64,000 nucleotides of DNA. Origin: an uncultured Flavobacteriia bacterium. GTDB taxonomy: Bacteria; Bacteroidota; Bacteroidia; Flavobacteriales_D; Crocinitomicaceae. The stretch spans positions 117,748-181,747 of the forward strand of contig CALJTX010000019.1 in the NCBI GenBank assembly GCA_937975705.1, in the 5' to 3' direction. Under the pieces are notes generated by a model. The model did no database searches and was not told where the DNA came from. It saw only the letters and a list, made by a program, of their open reading frames with translations. The position numbers and the translations under genes were made by a program. Positions 27,147-34,728 of the stretch are shown here, one piece after another. Every line of letters begins with the position of its first letter. The stretch's first letter is position 1.

Positions 27147-28514
27147 ATGAATTGGAAAGAAAACTCTAGAGTAGCCATGCATTGGCACACCAATGAACAA
27201 GGCAATAAAATTGTTTGTGACCTTTGTCCAAGACATTGCCAAACGCAACCTGGCCAGATGGGATTTTGCAAAGTCAGAGGGAATGTTGATGGAACCTTTC
27301 ATACGTTCAATTTCGGTAAATCGGTGACGGCAACCCAAGAGTGTATTGAAACGGAAGCTGTCAACCATTACATGCCGGGTGCCCGTATCTTGAGTTTGGG
27401 TAATATCGGTTGCATGATGGCTTGCTCTTATTGTCAGAACTGGCAAACTTCTCAAATTAAGCACCTCAATGATGCAAATGTATTTGAGTACACGCCAGAA
27501 CAAGTAATTGAACTTGCGCTTTCCAACGACATCAAAGTCATTTCCTGGACCTACAACGATCCTGTAGTTTGGCACGAATTTGTGCTAGAGACCTCCAGGT
27601 TAGCTAAAGCGGCAGGCCTCACCACCTTATATAAATCTGCGCTATATATTGAGCTTGAACCTTTGCGAGAATTAATTGAAGTGATAGACATTTTCTCGAT
27701 TTCACTCAAGTGCATGGACGATGCGATTTACCGCAAGGAAAACAAGGGAAAATTGCAACCGGTCCTCGATGCTATTGAGCTCATCGCTGCTTCTGAGCGC
27801 CATCTGGAGATTTCACAATTGGTTGTTACGGGCCTCAATGACGATGGCACAGATGCCATTAAAACTGCACGTTGGATGCGCGAAAAGCTCAAACCCGAAG
27901 TGCCTTTACATTTGGTGGCGTATCACCCTAGTTTCAAGTATAAAAAGCCGCGTACTGAACTGTCCACCTTACTCAAGCTGAGAGAACTTGTGATCAAGGA
28001 AGGCTTGGAGTATGTCTATTTAGGAAATGTCTATGCCGACGACATGAGCAATACCTATTGTAAGTCTTGTTCGAATTTGCTTGTAGAACGCTTTGGACTC
28101 TCTGTTCAAGTCCCAGGCCTCGATGCCGATGGAAATTGCAAAAATTGCCATACACCGTCAGTAATCAGAGATGCTTTGGGTGGGCAGCCAACAGAAAAGC
28201 CTGTTTTGGTACCATTTGTTGCCGAGCAAACGCATACTTTTGAGTGGAACGACGAAATCAGATCCGTTCATATTTTCCTGGACAGTCCGCAAAAAGATAC
28301 GGTACGTATCCAATTAAAGCGCATGCCTGCCAATACCATCCATTATCTCGAACTCAATGAAGGGCTCGAGCGCATTATTTTGTCAAAGAGTAGTGCGCAA
28401 GAGCAAGCGCTCATTATTTCAGCCGCATGTCAAACGCCACTGCACATCTTGCCGGTGCTCGACCGCGCACACTTCCCTGTTATTGATGAAACCAAAGCAT
28501 CGAGCTATGCATAA
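27147..28514 (+). CDS. radical SAM enzyme, AmmeMemoRadiSam-system type, with ~110-aa C-terminal extension
   Basis: N-terminal 'CDLCPRHCQTQPGQMGFCKVR'. Radical SAM CxxxCxxC 'CMMACSYC'. Zn-ribbon-like 'CKSCSN...CKNCH'. About 110 more residues with no motif I recognise. Confidence 0.75.
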   Translation: MNWKENSRVAMHWHTNEQGNKIVCDLCPRHCQTQPGQMGFCKVRGNVDGTFHTFNFGKSVTATQECIETEAVNHYMPGARILSLGNIGCMMACSYCQNWQTSQIKHLNDANVFEYTPEQVIELALSNDIKVISWTYNDPVVWHEFVLETSRLAKAAGLTTLYKSALYIELEPLRELIEVIDIFSISLKCMDDAIYRKENKGKLQPVLDAIELIAASERHLEISQLVVTGLNDDGTDAIKTARWMREKLKPEVPLHLVAYHPSFKYKKPRTELSTLLKLRELVIKEGLEYVYLGNVYADDMSNTYCKSCSNLLVERFGLSVQVPGLDADGNCKNCHTPSVIRDALGGQPTEKPVLVPFVAEQTHTFEWNDEIRSVHIFLDSPQKDTVRIQLKRMPANTIHYLELNEGLERIILSKSSAQEQALIISAACQTPLHILPVLDRAHFPVIDETKASSYA

Positions 28515-29634
28515 ACTGACCCAAATTTTAAAACAGCGCGTAGATACAACCAACGCTGCGCCTGTTGTTACGCCTATCTATCAAAATAGTGCATTTGAAG
28601 CGCACTCTCCTTTTTTTTATACGCGTAAGAACAATCCAAATGTCGAAGAACTAGAGCAAGTTTTCTGTGCTTTAGAGGAGTCCGCATTTGCGGTGTGCTG
28701 CTCGACAGGAATGGCTGCCATTTCAAATACGCTCCTGTTATTGAAGCCAGGTGATCATTTGGTCATCAATCAATTGATTTATGGCTGTTCTTATGTGCTT
28801 TTTGAGCGTTTTTGTCAACAGTATCAAATTGAGCTCACTGTGCTCGACCTCACTTCTGATGAAGGAATAAACGCCATGCCGCAAGATGTCAGTATGGTCT
28901 TATTTGAGACCCCAACCAATCCTTTTGTGCGCAGCATTGCTATTGCCGCTGTGGTCAAGCAGGCTAAAAAATGCAATCCGAATTGTGTGGTAGTTGTAGA
29001 CAACACTTGGGCCACTCCTTTATTCCAACAGCCTTTAATGCATGGCGCTGATCTCTCGTTGTATTCTGCAACAAAATACTTTTCGGGACACAGCGACGTG
29101 ATGGGTGGCGTACTCACAACAAATGATCCTGTTCTTGCGCAGCATTTAAGAGAAGCGCGGTTTTATCATGGCGCTATTCTGGATCCAAATAGCGCTTGGT
29201 TGTTGCGCAGAAGCATGCAGACATTCACTATTCGGATGCGCGCACATGGACAGGCCACCACACAAATTAGAGACTGGTTACAGCAGCAAAGTGGGGTGGA
29301 AGCGGTTTTTTATCCTCAAATCGATGGCAGTCAATTGAAAGGTTATGCCACATTATTGTTTTTCACGTTAGCGGAGTCTTTGAGTGAGCGCTACGATGAA
29401 TTTGTGTCCGCATTGCAACTTTTTGATACCGGCACCGGAATGGCATGTGTAACCTCTATGGTGGCCCGGCCATATTCTGGTAGCCATGCCTCCATGAACG
29501 AGCAGCAAAAACAGCAAATGGGGCTTACCCGTCAGCTCGTCAGGCTCAGCATTGGTTTGGAGGAGGTAGATGACCTTATTGCGGATTTAAGCCAAGCTTT
29601 TGAACAAATCGGCGCCAATGAATTGAACGCCTAA
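28507..29634 (+). CDS. Cys/Met-metabolism PLP-dependent enzyme (cystathionine gamma-synthase/lyase family)
   Basis: ATG at 28507 overlaps the rSAM stop (ATGCATAA). PLP-lysine motif 'YSATKYFSGHSDVMGG'. 'TPTNP' and 'DNTWATP' motifs. Confidence 0.8.
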   Translation: MHKLTQILKQRVDTTNAAPVVTPIYQNSAFEAHSPFFYTRKNNPNVEELEQVFCALEESAFAVCCSTGMAAISNTLLLLKPGDHLVINQLIYGCSYVLFERFCQQYQIELTVLDLTSDEGINAMPQDVSMVLFETPTNPFVRSIAIAAVVKQAKKCNPNCVVVVDNTWATPLFQQPLMHGADLSLYSATKYFSGHSDVMGGVLTTNDPVLAQHLREARFYHGAILDPNSAWLLRRSMQTFTIRMRAHGQATTQIRDWLQQQSGVEAVFYPQIDGSQLKGYATLLFFTLAESLSERYDEFVSALQLFDTGTGMACVTSMVARPYSGSHASMNEQQKQQMGLTRQLVRLSIGLEEVDDLIADLSQAFEQIGANELNA

Positions 29635-29644
29635 AGGGCAAACT

Positions 29645-30775
29645 ATGCAGGAGCAGGAAGCATTCACATTATACCGATTAAAAGCACTTGCCATTTGCGC
29701 ACTTCTTGTATTGCACCTTCTACTGAGCTTTACTTGGATACCACAACTCTACGGTATTTGGCCAATCAGTGTGGAGGCACCAAGTATAAGCCTGACTGGT
29801 TTTGCGTCATTTTTGAATCTTTTTGGACTGCTCTTGTTTTTTATTTTGTCGGGCTACACACTCCGAAAAAAAGCGTTCAATCAGGAGCGCTACTTGCTGC
29901 AAAAAGCAAACAAAAACATGTGGCGCTTCTTCAAGTATTATACTTTGCTTTCGCTCATTTTTTATTTGTTGTTGTCTTTTTCAGAGGGGCGCTTTTTGGC
30001 TTTTGATGAATGCACTTTTTTAGTTTCATTTTACCATTTGTGGTTTATTGTTGCCTTGGCCGGGTTCCAATTGTTATTATTTCTTGTGCAGCGATTGAAT
30101 TCAGCCTTAATTAAGAACCTGCGGATACCCGTTGCGCTTCCGCTCTGCATTCATGCGCTTGGATTATATGGACAAGGAGGTGTTTTTTTGAAAACGCCGA
30201 CCCAGTTAGCTGCAGCAACCTTACTCTCTATTGTGGTGTATTTCTTTTGGTTTCTGTACGGCTTCTCACGTCCAAAAGGCCCACTCCATTTGGGCAATAG
30301 ATTTAGTTTGCAGCGCTTATTGAGTTGTATTCTGGTGCTTGGAATCTATTTCTTAGCAAAAACGGCGCTCATTTTCTCTTGGAATTTTACAACTTTTTGG
30401 CAATTGCTTTCATCGTGCATCGATCCTTTGACATTTATCGCTGCGCTAAACATCAGTTTGTGGCTTTTTGAGGTAGCAAATAAAAAGCAATATGCTATTG
30501 ATTCAACGCGGCTCCAATATTTTTTACTGCGTTTTCAACTGCCAATTTATGTGTTTCAGATTCCCCTGATCTTCGTTCTTATTTCGATCCAAGAGATATT
30601 TGGATGCAGGCTGTTTCTAACTGAAAAATACAATTCTCAAGTGCCCAATTGGCAAGAAGCGCCCAGCACTTGGATATTGTTTCACATCCTTTTGATCATT
30701 TTTGCGCTGCTTATGTGGCTGCTCTGGCACTTTAGCAAACAAAAAACCCCTCATTCAAAAGAACAAGGGGTTTAG
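29645..30775 (+). CDS. integral-membrane acyltransferase (Acyl_transf_3-like)
   Basis: About 10 TM helices. N-terminal 'YRLKALAICALLVLH' fits the R..A....V..H start of the acyltransferase-3 family. Confidence 0.55.
   Translation: MQEQEAFTLYRLKALAICALLVLHLLLSFTWIPQLYGIWPISVEAPSISLTGFASFLNLFGLLLFFILSGYTLRKKAFNQERYLLQKANKNMWRFFKYYTLLSLIFYLLLSFSEGRFLAFDECTFLVSFYHLWFIVALAGFQLLLFLVQRLNSALIKNLRIPVALPLCIHALGLYGQGGVFLKTPTQLAAATLLSIVVYFFWFLYGFSRPKGPLHLGNRFSLQRLLSCILVLGIYFLAKTALIFSWNFTTFWQLLSSCIDPLTFIAALNISLWLFEVANKKQYAIDSTRLQYFLLRFQLPIYVFQIPLIFVLISIQEIFGCRLFLTEKYNSQVPNWQEAPSTWILFHILLIIFALLMWLLWHFSKQKTPHSKEQGV
30744..30773 (-). terminator. hairpin likely terminating tRNA-Cys, embedded in the last codons of the acyltransferase gene
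   Basis: 8-bp stem AAACCCCT / AGGGGTTT with a 14-nt loop. A T6 run follows on the minus strand (plus-strand A-run 30738-30746). Confidence 0.4.
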
Positions 30776-30778
30776 ATG

Positions 30779-30849
30779 AGGTCTCAAGCAGATTCGAACT
30801 GCTGTAGACGGTTTTGCAGACCGGTGCCTAACCGCTCGGCCATGAGACC
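30779..30849 (-). tRNA. tRNA-Cys (anticodon GCA)
   Basis: Hand-folded cloverleaf. Acceptor GGTCTCA/TGAGACC. T-arm AGCAG-TTCGAAT-CTGCT. Anticodon loop CTGCAAA. 4-nt variable loop. Discriminator U73, the CysRS identity element. CCA not encoded. 71 nt. Confidence 0.9.
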
Positions 30850-30897
30850 ATCAGGTTTGCAAAGATAAGCAATTTTACACTTTCAAAAAAGCGTCAG

Positions 30898-32451
30898 TTA
30901 GAACTTGATGATTTTTTTTGACAATAATTGACCATTCACCCTTGCAGAAACAAAGTAAACACCTTTGGGTAGGCCGAGCCATGCGTCATTTTCAGACCCC
31001 AAATGAACTTGGGTGGTTCCGGCGTCGGGTGAAAGTTTCATTTTGAGCTGGCCATTGGCATCGTAGATGAAAATCAAGTCGGAGTTGTTCAAGGCGAGTG
31101 GGAAAGACAAAGTGAGCGCCTCCTGTGCAGGATTGGGATAAGCTACAATAGAACTATTGTCGTTGAGCGGGTAGCTATCTAAGGATGCACTAATGAGGGC
31201 TTCTAAATCATAGGTTTCATCTCCGGGCTGGTACGGCAGGTAATGAAAATAAGTGAGAAACATTTCATCGGTTGTATTGAAGCCACTGTAGATGGTTTGA
31301 GGTGGTGAATGTGGGTTGTTGGGATTATTTGATGTGTTGTCGTAGGTACCTTCGCTTTTGAGCTTGTAGCCTTGGGGTACTTTTTGAATATACCTAAAGA
31401 AGTAGAAGTCTTGCCACATGAAATCCCATTTAGGGACATTCACAAACTTGATGGTATCTGCGCCGGCCTTGTAGGCGTAGGCCTTGATATTCGTGCCGAG
31501 TAAGTGCATATGTGGGAAAACGGATAGCACGGAGTACGCTGTCGGAATTGTGGCTCCGCTTGGCGGATAAAAAGCGTTGAGATCCGTAATTTGGTTAGCC
31601 GGAAGACTGAAATTGTAGTCTGCTAATAGGGGGGCCGCACTAATTTGCCGCACATTGGTGGTGCCTACTGGATAAAAATGGATAATGACCTTGGTGGAGT
31701 CATACTGTCCATATGAGCCCATTGGGTAGTGCATGGCAAAATAAATTGAAGAACCTGGGCCAATATCCAGCCCCAACTTAATGGGGTCTGTAGAGGGTAA
31801 AATCATGGGGGTGGCCCCTGGAGTGTAGCCTGTAATCAGTTTGGTTGTGCCGTTACTTGGGCTTGCGCAATTGCCACCAATTGTGTCTGTTGCTTCTACA
31901 CTCGTTGGATCGAGGTAAACCAAACAGTGGTGTACAATTTCTCGGTTACCTGGCACAACTTCAACTGCTTTGATGATGCGGTTTTGAGTCAGGTTTGTGG
32001 GGATATTGAAACAAACGTAGTCGTCTTGGGTTGTCGCCTTTGACATGTAGGTTGGTATTTGGACTTGCAAATCACCGTTTCCTAAAAAGGTATTTGATGT
32101 GTATACCGGTGGCGGAGGCGTTTGATTGGCATTGCCTTCTTGTGCGCCGTTGTTGAGCCAGCTGATAATAGTGGTTTTCTCAGCAGTGGAAAGTGCGCGG
32201 TTGTGTTGGTATTGTTGGTAGTTGTTGTCGGGTGGCCAAGGTGGCATTTCGCCTGTATTGACACACTGATAAACCGCTGCAGCTAGTGGGCTTACCTCGG
32301 CGTGTGTCATGAGTGAAAACGGAGCGGCCCCACCCGGATGATGGCACTGCGTACACTTATTGTAAAAAATTTGAGCGACATCACTGCTCCAAGTTTGGGC
32401 TTGAGTAATGGAGCTCGATAGGATAAAGAGGTAAAATAAAATCTTTTTCAT
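30898..32451 (-). CDS. secreted fusion: c-type haem domain + PHM/DBH-like copper type II monooxygenase domains + T9SS C-terminal sorting domain
   Basis: Signal peptide. 'CTQCH' at aa 33-37. His/Met ligand pattern H174-H175, H241, H314-x-H316, M397 ('IVHHCLVY', 'AMHYP', 'PHMHLLG', 'TDEMF'). C-terminal 'GVYFVSARVNGQLLSKKIIKF'. Confidence 0.7.
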   Translation of the reverse strand: MKKILFYLFILSSSITQAQTWSSDVAQIFYNKCTQCHHPGGAAPFSLMTHAEVSPLAAAVYQCVNTGEMPPWPPDNNYQQYQHNRALSTAEKTTIISWLNNGAQEGNANQTPPPPVYTSNTFLGNGDLQVQIPTYMSKATTQDDYVCFNIPTNLTQNRIIKAVEVVPGNREIVHHCLVYLDPTSVEATDTIGGNCASPSNGTTKLITGYTPGATPMILPSTDPIKLGLDIGPGSSIYFAMHYPMGSYGQYDSTKVIIHFYPVGTTNVRQISAAPLLADYNFSLPANQITDLNAFYPPSGATIPTAYSVLSVFPHMHLLGTNIKAYAYKAGADTIKFVNVPKWDFMWQDFYFFRYIQKVPQGYKLKSEGTYDNTSNNPNNPHSPPQTIYSGFNTTDEMFLTYFHYLPYQPGDETYDLEALISASLDSYPLNDNSSIVAYPNPAQEALTLSFPLALNNSDLIFIYDANGQLKMKLSPDAGTTQVHLGSENDAWLGLPKGVYFVSARVNGQLLSKKIIKF

Positions 32452-32459
32452 GGTAGGTT

Positions 32460-33776
32460 TTAACGCAGGAGTTGAATTTTGGTTCGAGTGGTGTGGTGAT
32501 TGATCGTTTCAACTTCCAACATATAGATCCCATTAGGTAGTGTATCTAAATAGATGTCATGATGGAAAGTAGGGGGCATAGATGTAAGCTTCAGTGTTTT
32601 TCCATCGAGACCAAAAATTTTTATACTAGAAAGTAGGTCGCTGGCTTCAACACTTACCTTGCCATCGGATGGGTTTGGATAAACATTAAGTTGCAGTTCA
32701 GGAGTTTGCTCAGCCAATCCATTGCTGCCGCAAATTTCATTACTTGGCGAGCCGTTGCAATAGCTCGTAGGGTATAAAATGGCTTGTTCTTGCATCTCGT
32801 TGGCCGCAAGAAGCGTTGTTTGGGTACAGCCCATGACATCGACGAGAAAATCGCGGATAAAGCGCTCCGTGCTGTCCATGTAGGCGGCGTTGCTAATGTA
32901 AGGCACGTGTTGGGCGTTGTTGAAAGTATAAATTTGATTGGTAACGCCAATTGCACAAGCGCGCTCGTGCAGCATGCGGCTACCGTCCAGGTACATGAGT
33001 GGCGTGCCCGGGTTCACTAGGCCACGGTTGTAGGTCACGGTGCCGTCGTTGGTGCCGTGTACAGAGCAAAGCGGCACATCACCGGCCTCGAGCCAATTGT
33101 ATTTTGCCAAGGCCCCGCAACCGTTAATGACGGCGTGTACTTTGGTAGCATATCCCGGATTGCCCGAGTTGCCTTCTAGGCCACCAAGATTTGCCAAGGC
33201 GCTGGCGCTCATGTAGTCACTGAATTCGCAGTCGTTATTGAGGTAAGCTACGTGTAGTGCGGTAATTGCCCCAGCCGAACTCCCGCCTATGAAAATGTGG
33301 TTGGTGTCGATTTTGAATTGGTTGTTGGTTTGGGCGTCTTTGTAAAAGTAACGAATGGCCGCTTTGAGGTCCTGCACGGCGCGCACAACGGCCTTGATAG
33401 CATTCGTGGAGTCAAATGGAAAAAAGCCAAGTCGGTAATCGATGCTTGCACAAGCATAACCTTTCATTGCAAAACGCTCAGATAGCGCCTTCACATCAGG
33501 ATCCGTTTTACTGCCACCAATAAAACTACCGCCATGAACCCAAATGATCAAAGGACGCGCGGCCAATGTGTCATTTGTAGGTTCGTAAAAATCCATTTTA
33601 AGCACAGTATTGCTATTTGCCCAGTTGCTATTTTGTCCGTAGGTAAGGTTGCTCGTGAGGGTGAATTGTGGGAATACAGCCTCGGCATAGCGCCCACTTG
33701 AACAAGGGTCTTGTGCAAGAACTTGTAATTGAAGTCCAAAAAGCAGGAATAAAAAGGCGCGTATATGTTTTGTCAT
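32460..33776 (-). CDS. alpha/beta-hydrolase (carboxylesterase-type) with T9SS C-terminal sorting domain
   Basis: Oxyanion 'WVHGGSF' and nucleophile elbow 'GGSSAGA'. C-terminal 'NGIYMLEVETINHHTTRTKIQLLR'. Confidence 0.7.
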   Translation of the reverse strand: MTKHIRAFLFLLFGLQLQVLAQDPCSSGRYAEAVFPQFTLTSNLTYGQNSNWANSNTVLKMDFYEPTNDTLAARPLIIWVHGGSFIGGSKTDPDVKALSERFAMKGYACASIDYRLGFFPFDSTNAIKAVVRAVQDLKAAIRYFYKDAQTNNQFKIDTNHIFIGGSSAGAITALHVAYLNNDCEFSDYMSASALANLGGLEGNSGNPGYATKVHAVINGCGALAKYNWLEAGDVPLCSVHGTNDGTVTYNRGLVNPGTPLMYLDGSRMLHERACAIGVTNQIYTFNNAQHVPYISNAAYMDSTERFIRDFLVDVMGCTQTTLLAANEMQEQAILYPTSYCNGSPSNEICGSNGLAEQTPELQLNVYPNPSDGKVSVEASDLLSSIKIFGLDGKTLKLTSMPPTFHHDIYLDTLPNGIYMLEVETINHHTTRTKIQLLR

Positions 33777-33854
33777 GGGTTTGATTTTGTTTCTAAATTA
33801 TGAAAATTTCAGATTTAAGACCTGAAAATCACTTACTTTGCCAAAAACAACAAT

Positions 33855-34727
33855 ATGTTCAGGTCATTTTTGCTACTCCTCATCTTTGGATGCCAATATT
33901 TCAGTGCTCAGGATTTGCCAGCATACAAAATTTACAATGCAAAAGGAAAAGAGGTCTCCTTTAAGTCAATGGCGAAAGCGGCAAATGACGCGCAAATCGT
34001 CTTATTTGGCGAATTTCATGACAACCCAATAGCCCATTGGTTGCAATTGGAATTAACCCAACAAATGTTTGCAGCACATGGCACTAACTTACAATTGGGC
34101 TTTGAAATGTTTGAACAAGATCAGCAGGCTATACTCAGTGCTTATTTGAATGGATCCATACCTGCCGATAGCTTGAAGGACACACTCAGATTATGGCCGA
34201 ATTACCCTACCGATTATGCGCCATTGGTCAATTTCGCTAAAGAAAAAGGACTTTCTTGTGTGGCTACGAATATCCAGCGCAAGTATGCGAGTTTACTTTT
34301 CAAAAAGGGTAGGGCGGCATTGGATACGCTTCCCGAAAGCATCAAACAACAAATGGCTCCGCTCAACTTTGCTTTTGACACTACGCTTTCGCAATACCAA
34401 GACATGAAGCAAATGGGCGCACACATGGGGCCCGGAATGGGCTGGCGCATGGTAGAAGCCCAAGCCATTAAAGACGCCACTATGGCTCATTTTATCTTGC
34501 ACAATCCGTGGCGAACCAACCAAACGGTGCATTTACATTTCAATGGTGCGTATCATTCTGATTTTTATCAAGGAATCATGTGGTATTTGCAACATGAAGG
34601 AGTTGCTTCGGACATAATGACCATCAGTACAGTGAGTCAAGACAACGTGCACAAATTAGAAAAAGCGCATTTGGGTCAGGCAGATTTCATTATATGCGTT
34701 CCGAGTAATATGACCTCAACGCATTAG
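33855..34727 (+). CDS. ChaN-family (haem-binding/Tiki-like) lipoprotein
   Basis: 'IVLFGEFHDNPIAHWLQLEL' is the characteristic ChaN/DUF399 N-terminal motif. 290 aa with a signal peptide. Confidence 0.6.
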   Translation: MFRSFLLLLIFGCQYFSAQDLPAYKIYNAKGKEVSFKSMAKAANDAQIVLFGEFHDNPIAHWLQLELTQQMFAAHGTNLQLGFEMFEQDQQAILSAYLNGSIPADSLKDTLRLWPNYPTDYAPLVNFAKEKGLSCVATNIQRKYASLLFKKGRAALDTLPESIKQQMAPLNFAFDTTLSQYQDMKQMGAHMGPGMGWRMVEAQAIKDATMAHFILHNPWRTNQTVHLHFNGAYHSDFYQGIMWYLQHEGVASDIMTISTVSQDNVHKLEKAHLGQADFIICVPSNMTSTH

Positions 34728-34728
34728 G

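Noticed and set aside
28357-28506. Upstream 50-aa extension of the PLP-enzyme ORF
   Set aside because: It lies out of frame inside the 3' end of the radical SAM gene and is Cys/Arg/Ser-rich. The ATG at 28507 gives the usual 8-nt overlap coupling and a normal-length Cys/Met-family enzyme.
15917-30775. Labelling the operon as a standard aryl-polyene or flexirubin cluster
   Set aside because: It shares KS/KS-like, ACP, KR, DH and an MMPL-type exporter with those clusters. However, I found no ammonia-lyase, aryl-CoA ligase, LolA-like protein, thioesterase, DarA/DarB, glycosyl- or methyl-transferase. It also contains IorAB, rSAM and PLP genes that those clusters lack. Without a database comparison, the known-family label is unsupported.
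30776-30897. Calling a genomic island or mobile element bounded by tRNA-Cys
   Set aside because: There is no integrase, transposase, or visible direct repeat of the tRNA 3' end, and no other mobility gene anywhere in the window. Only the tRNA adjacency is suggestive, so no mobile_element feature is reported.
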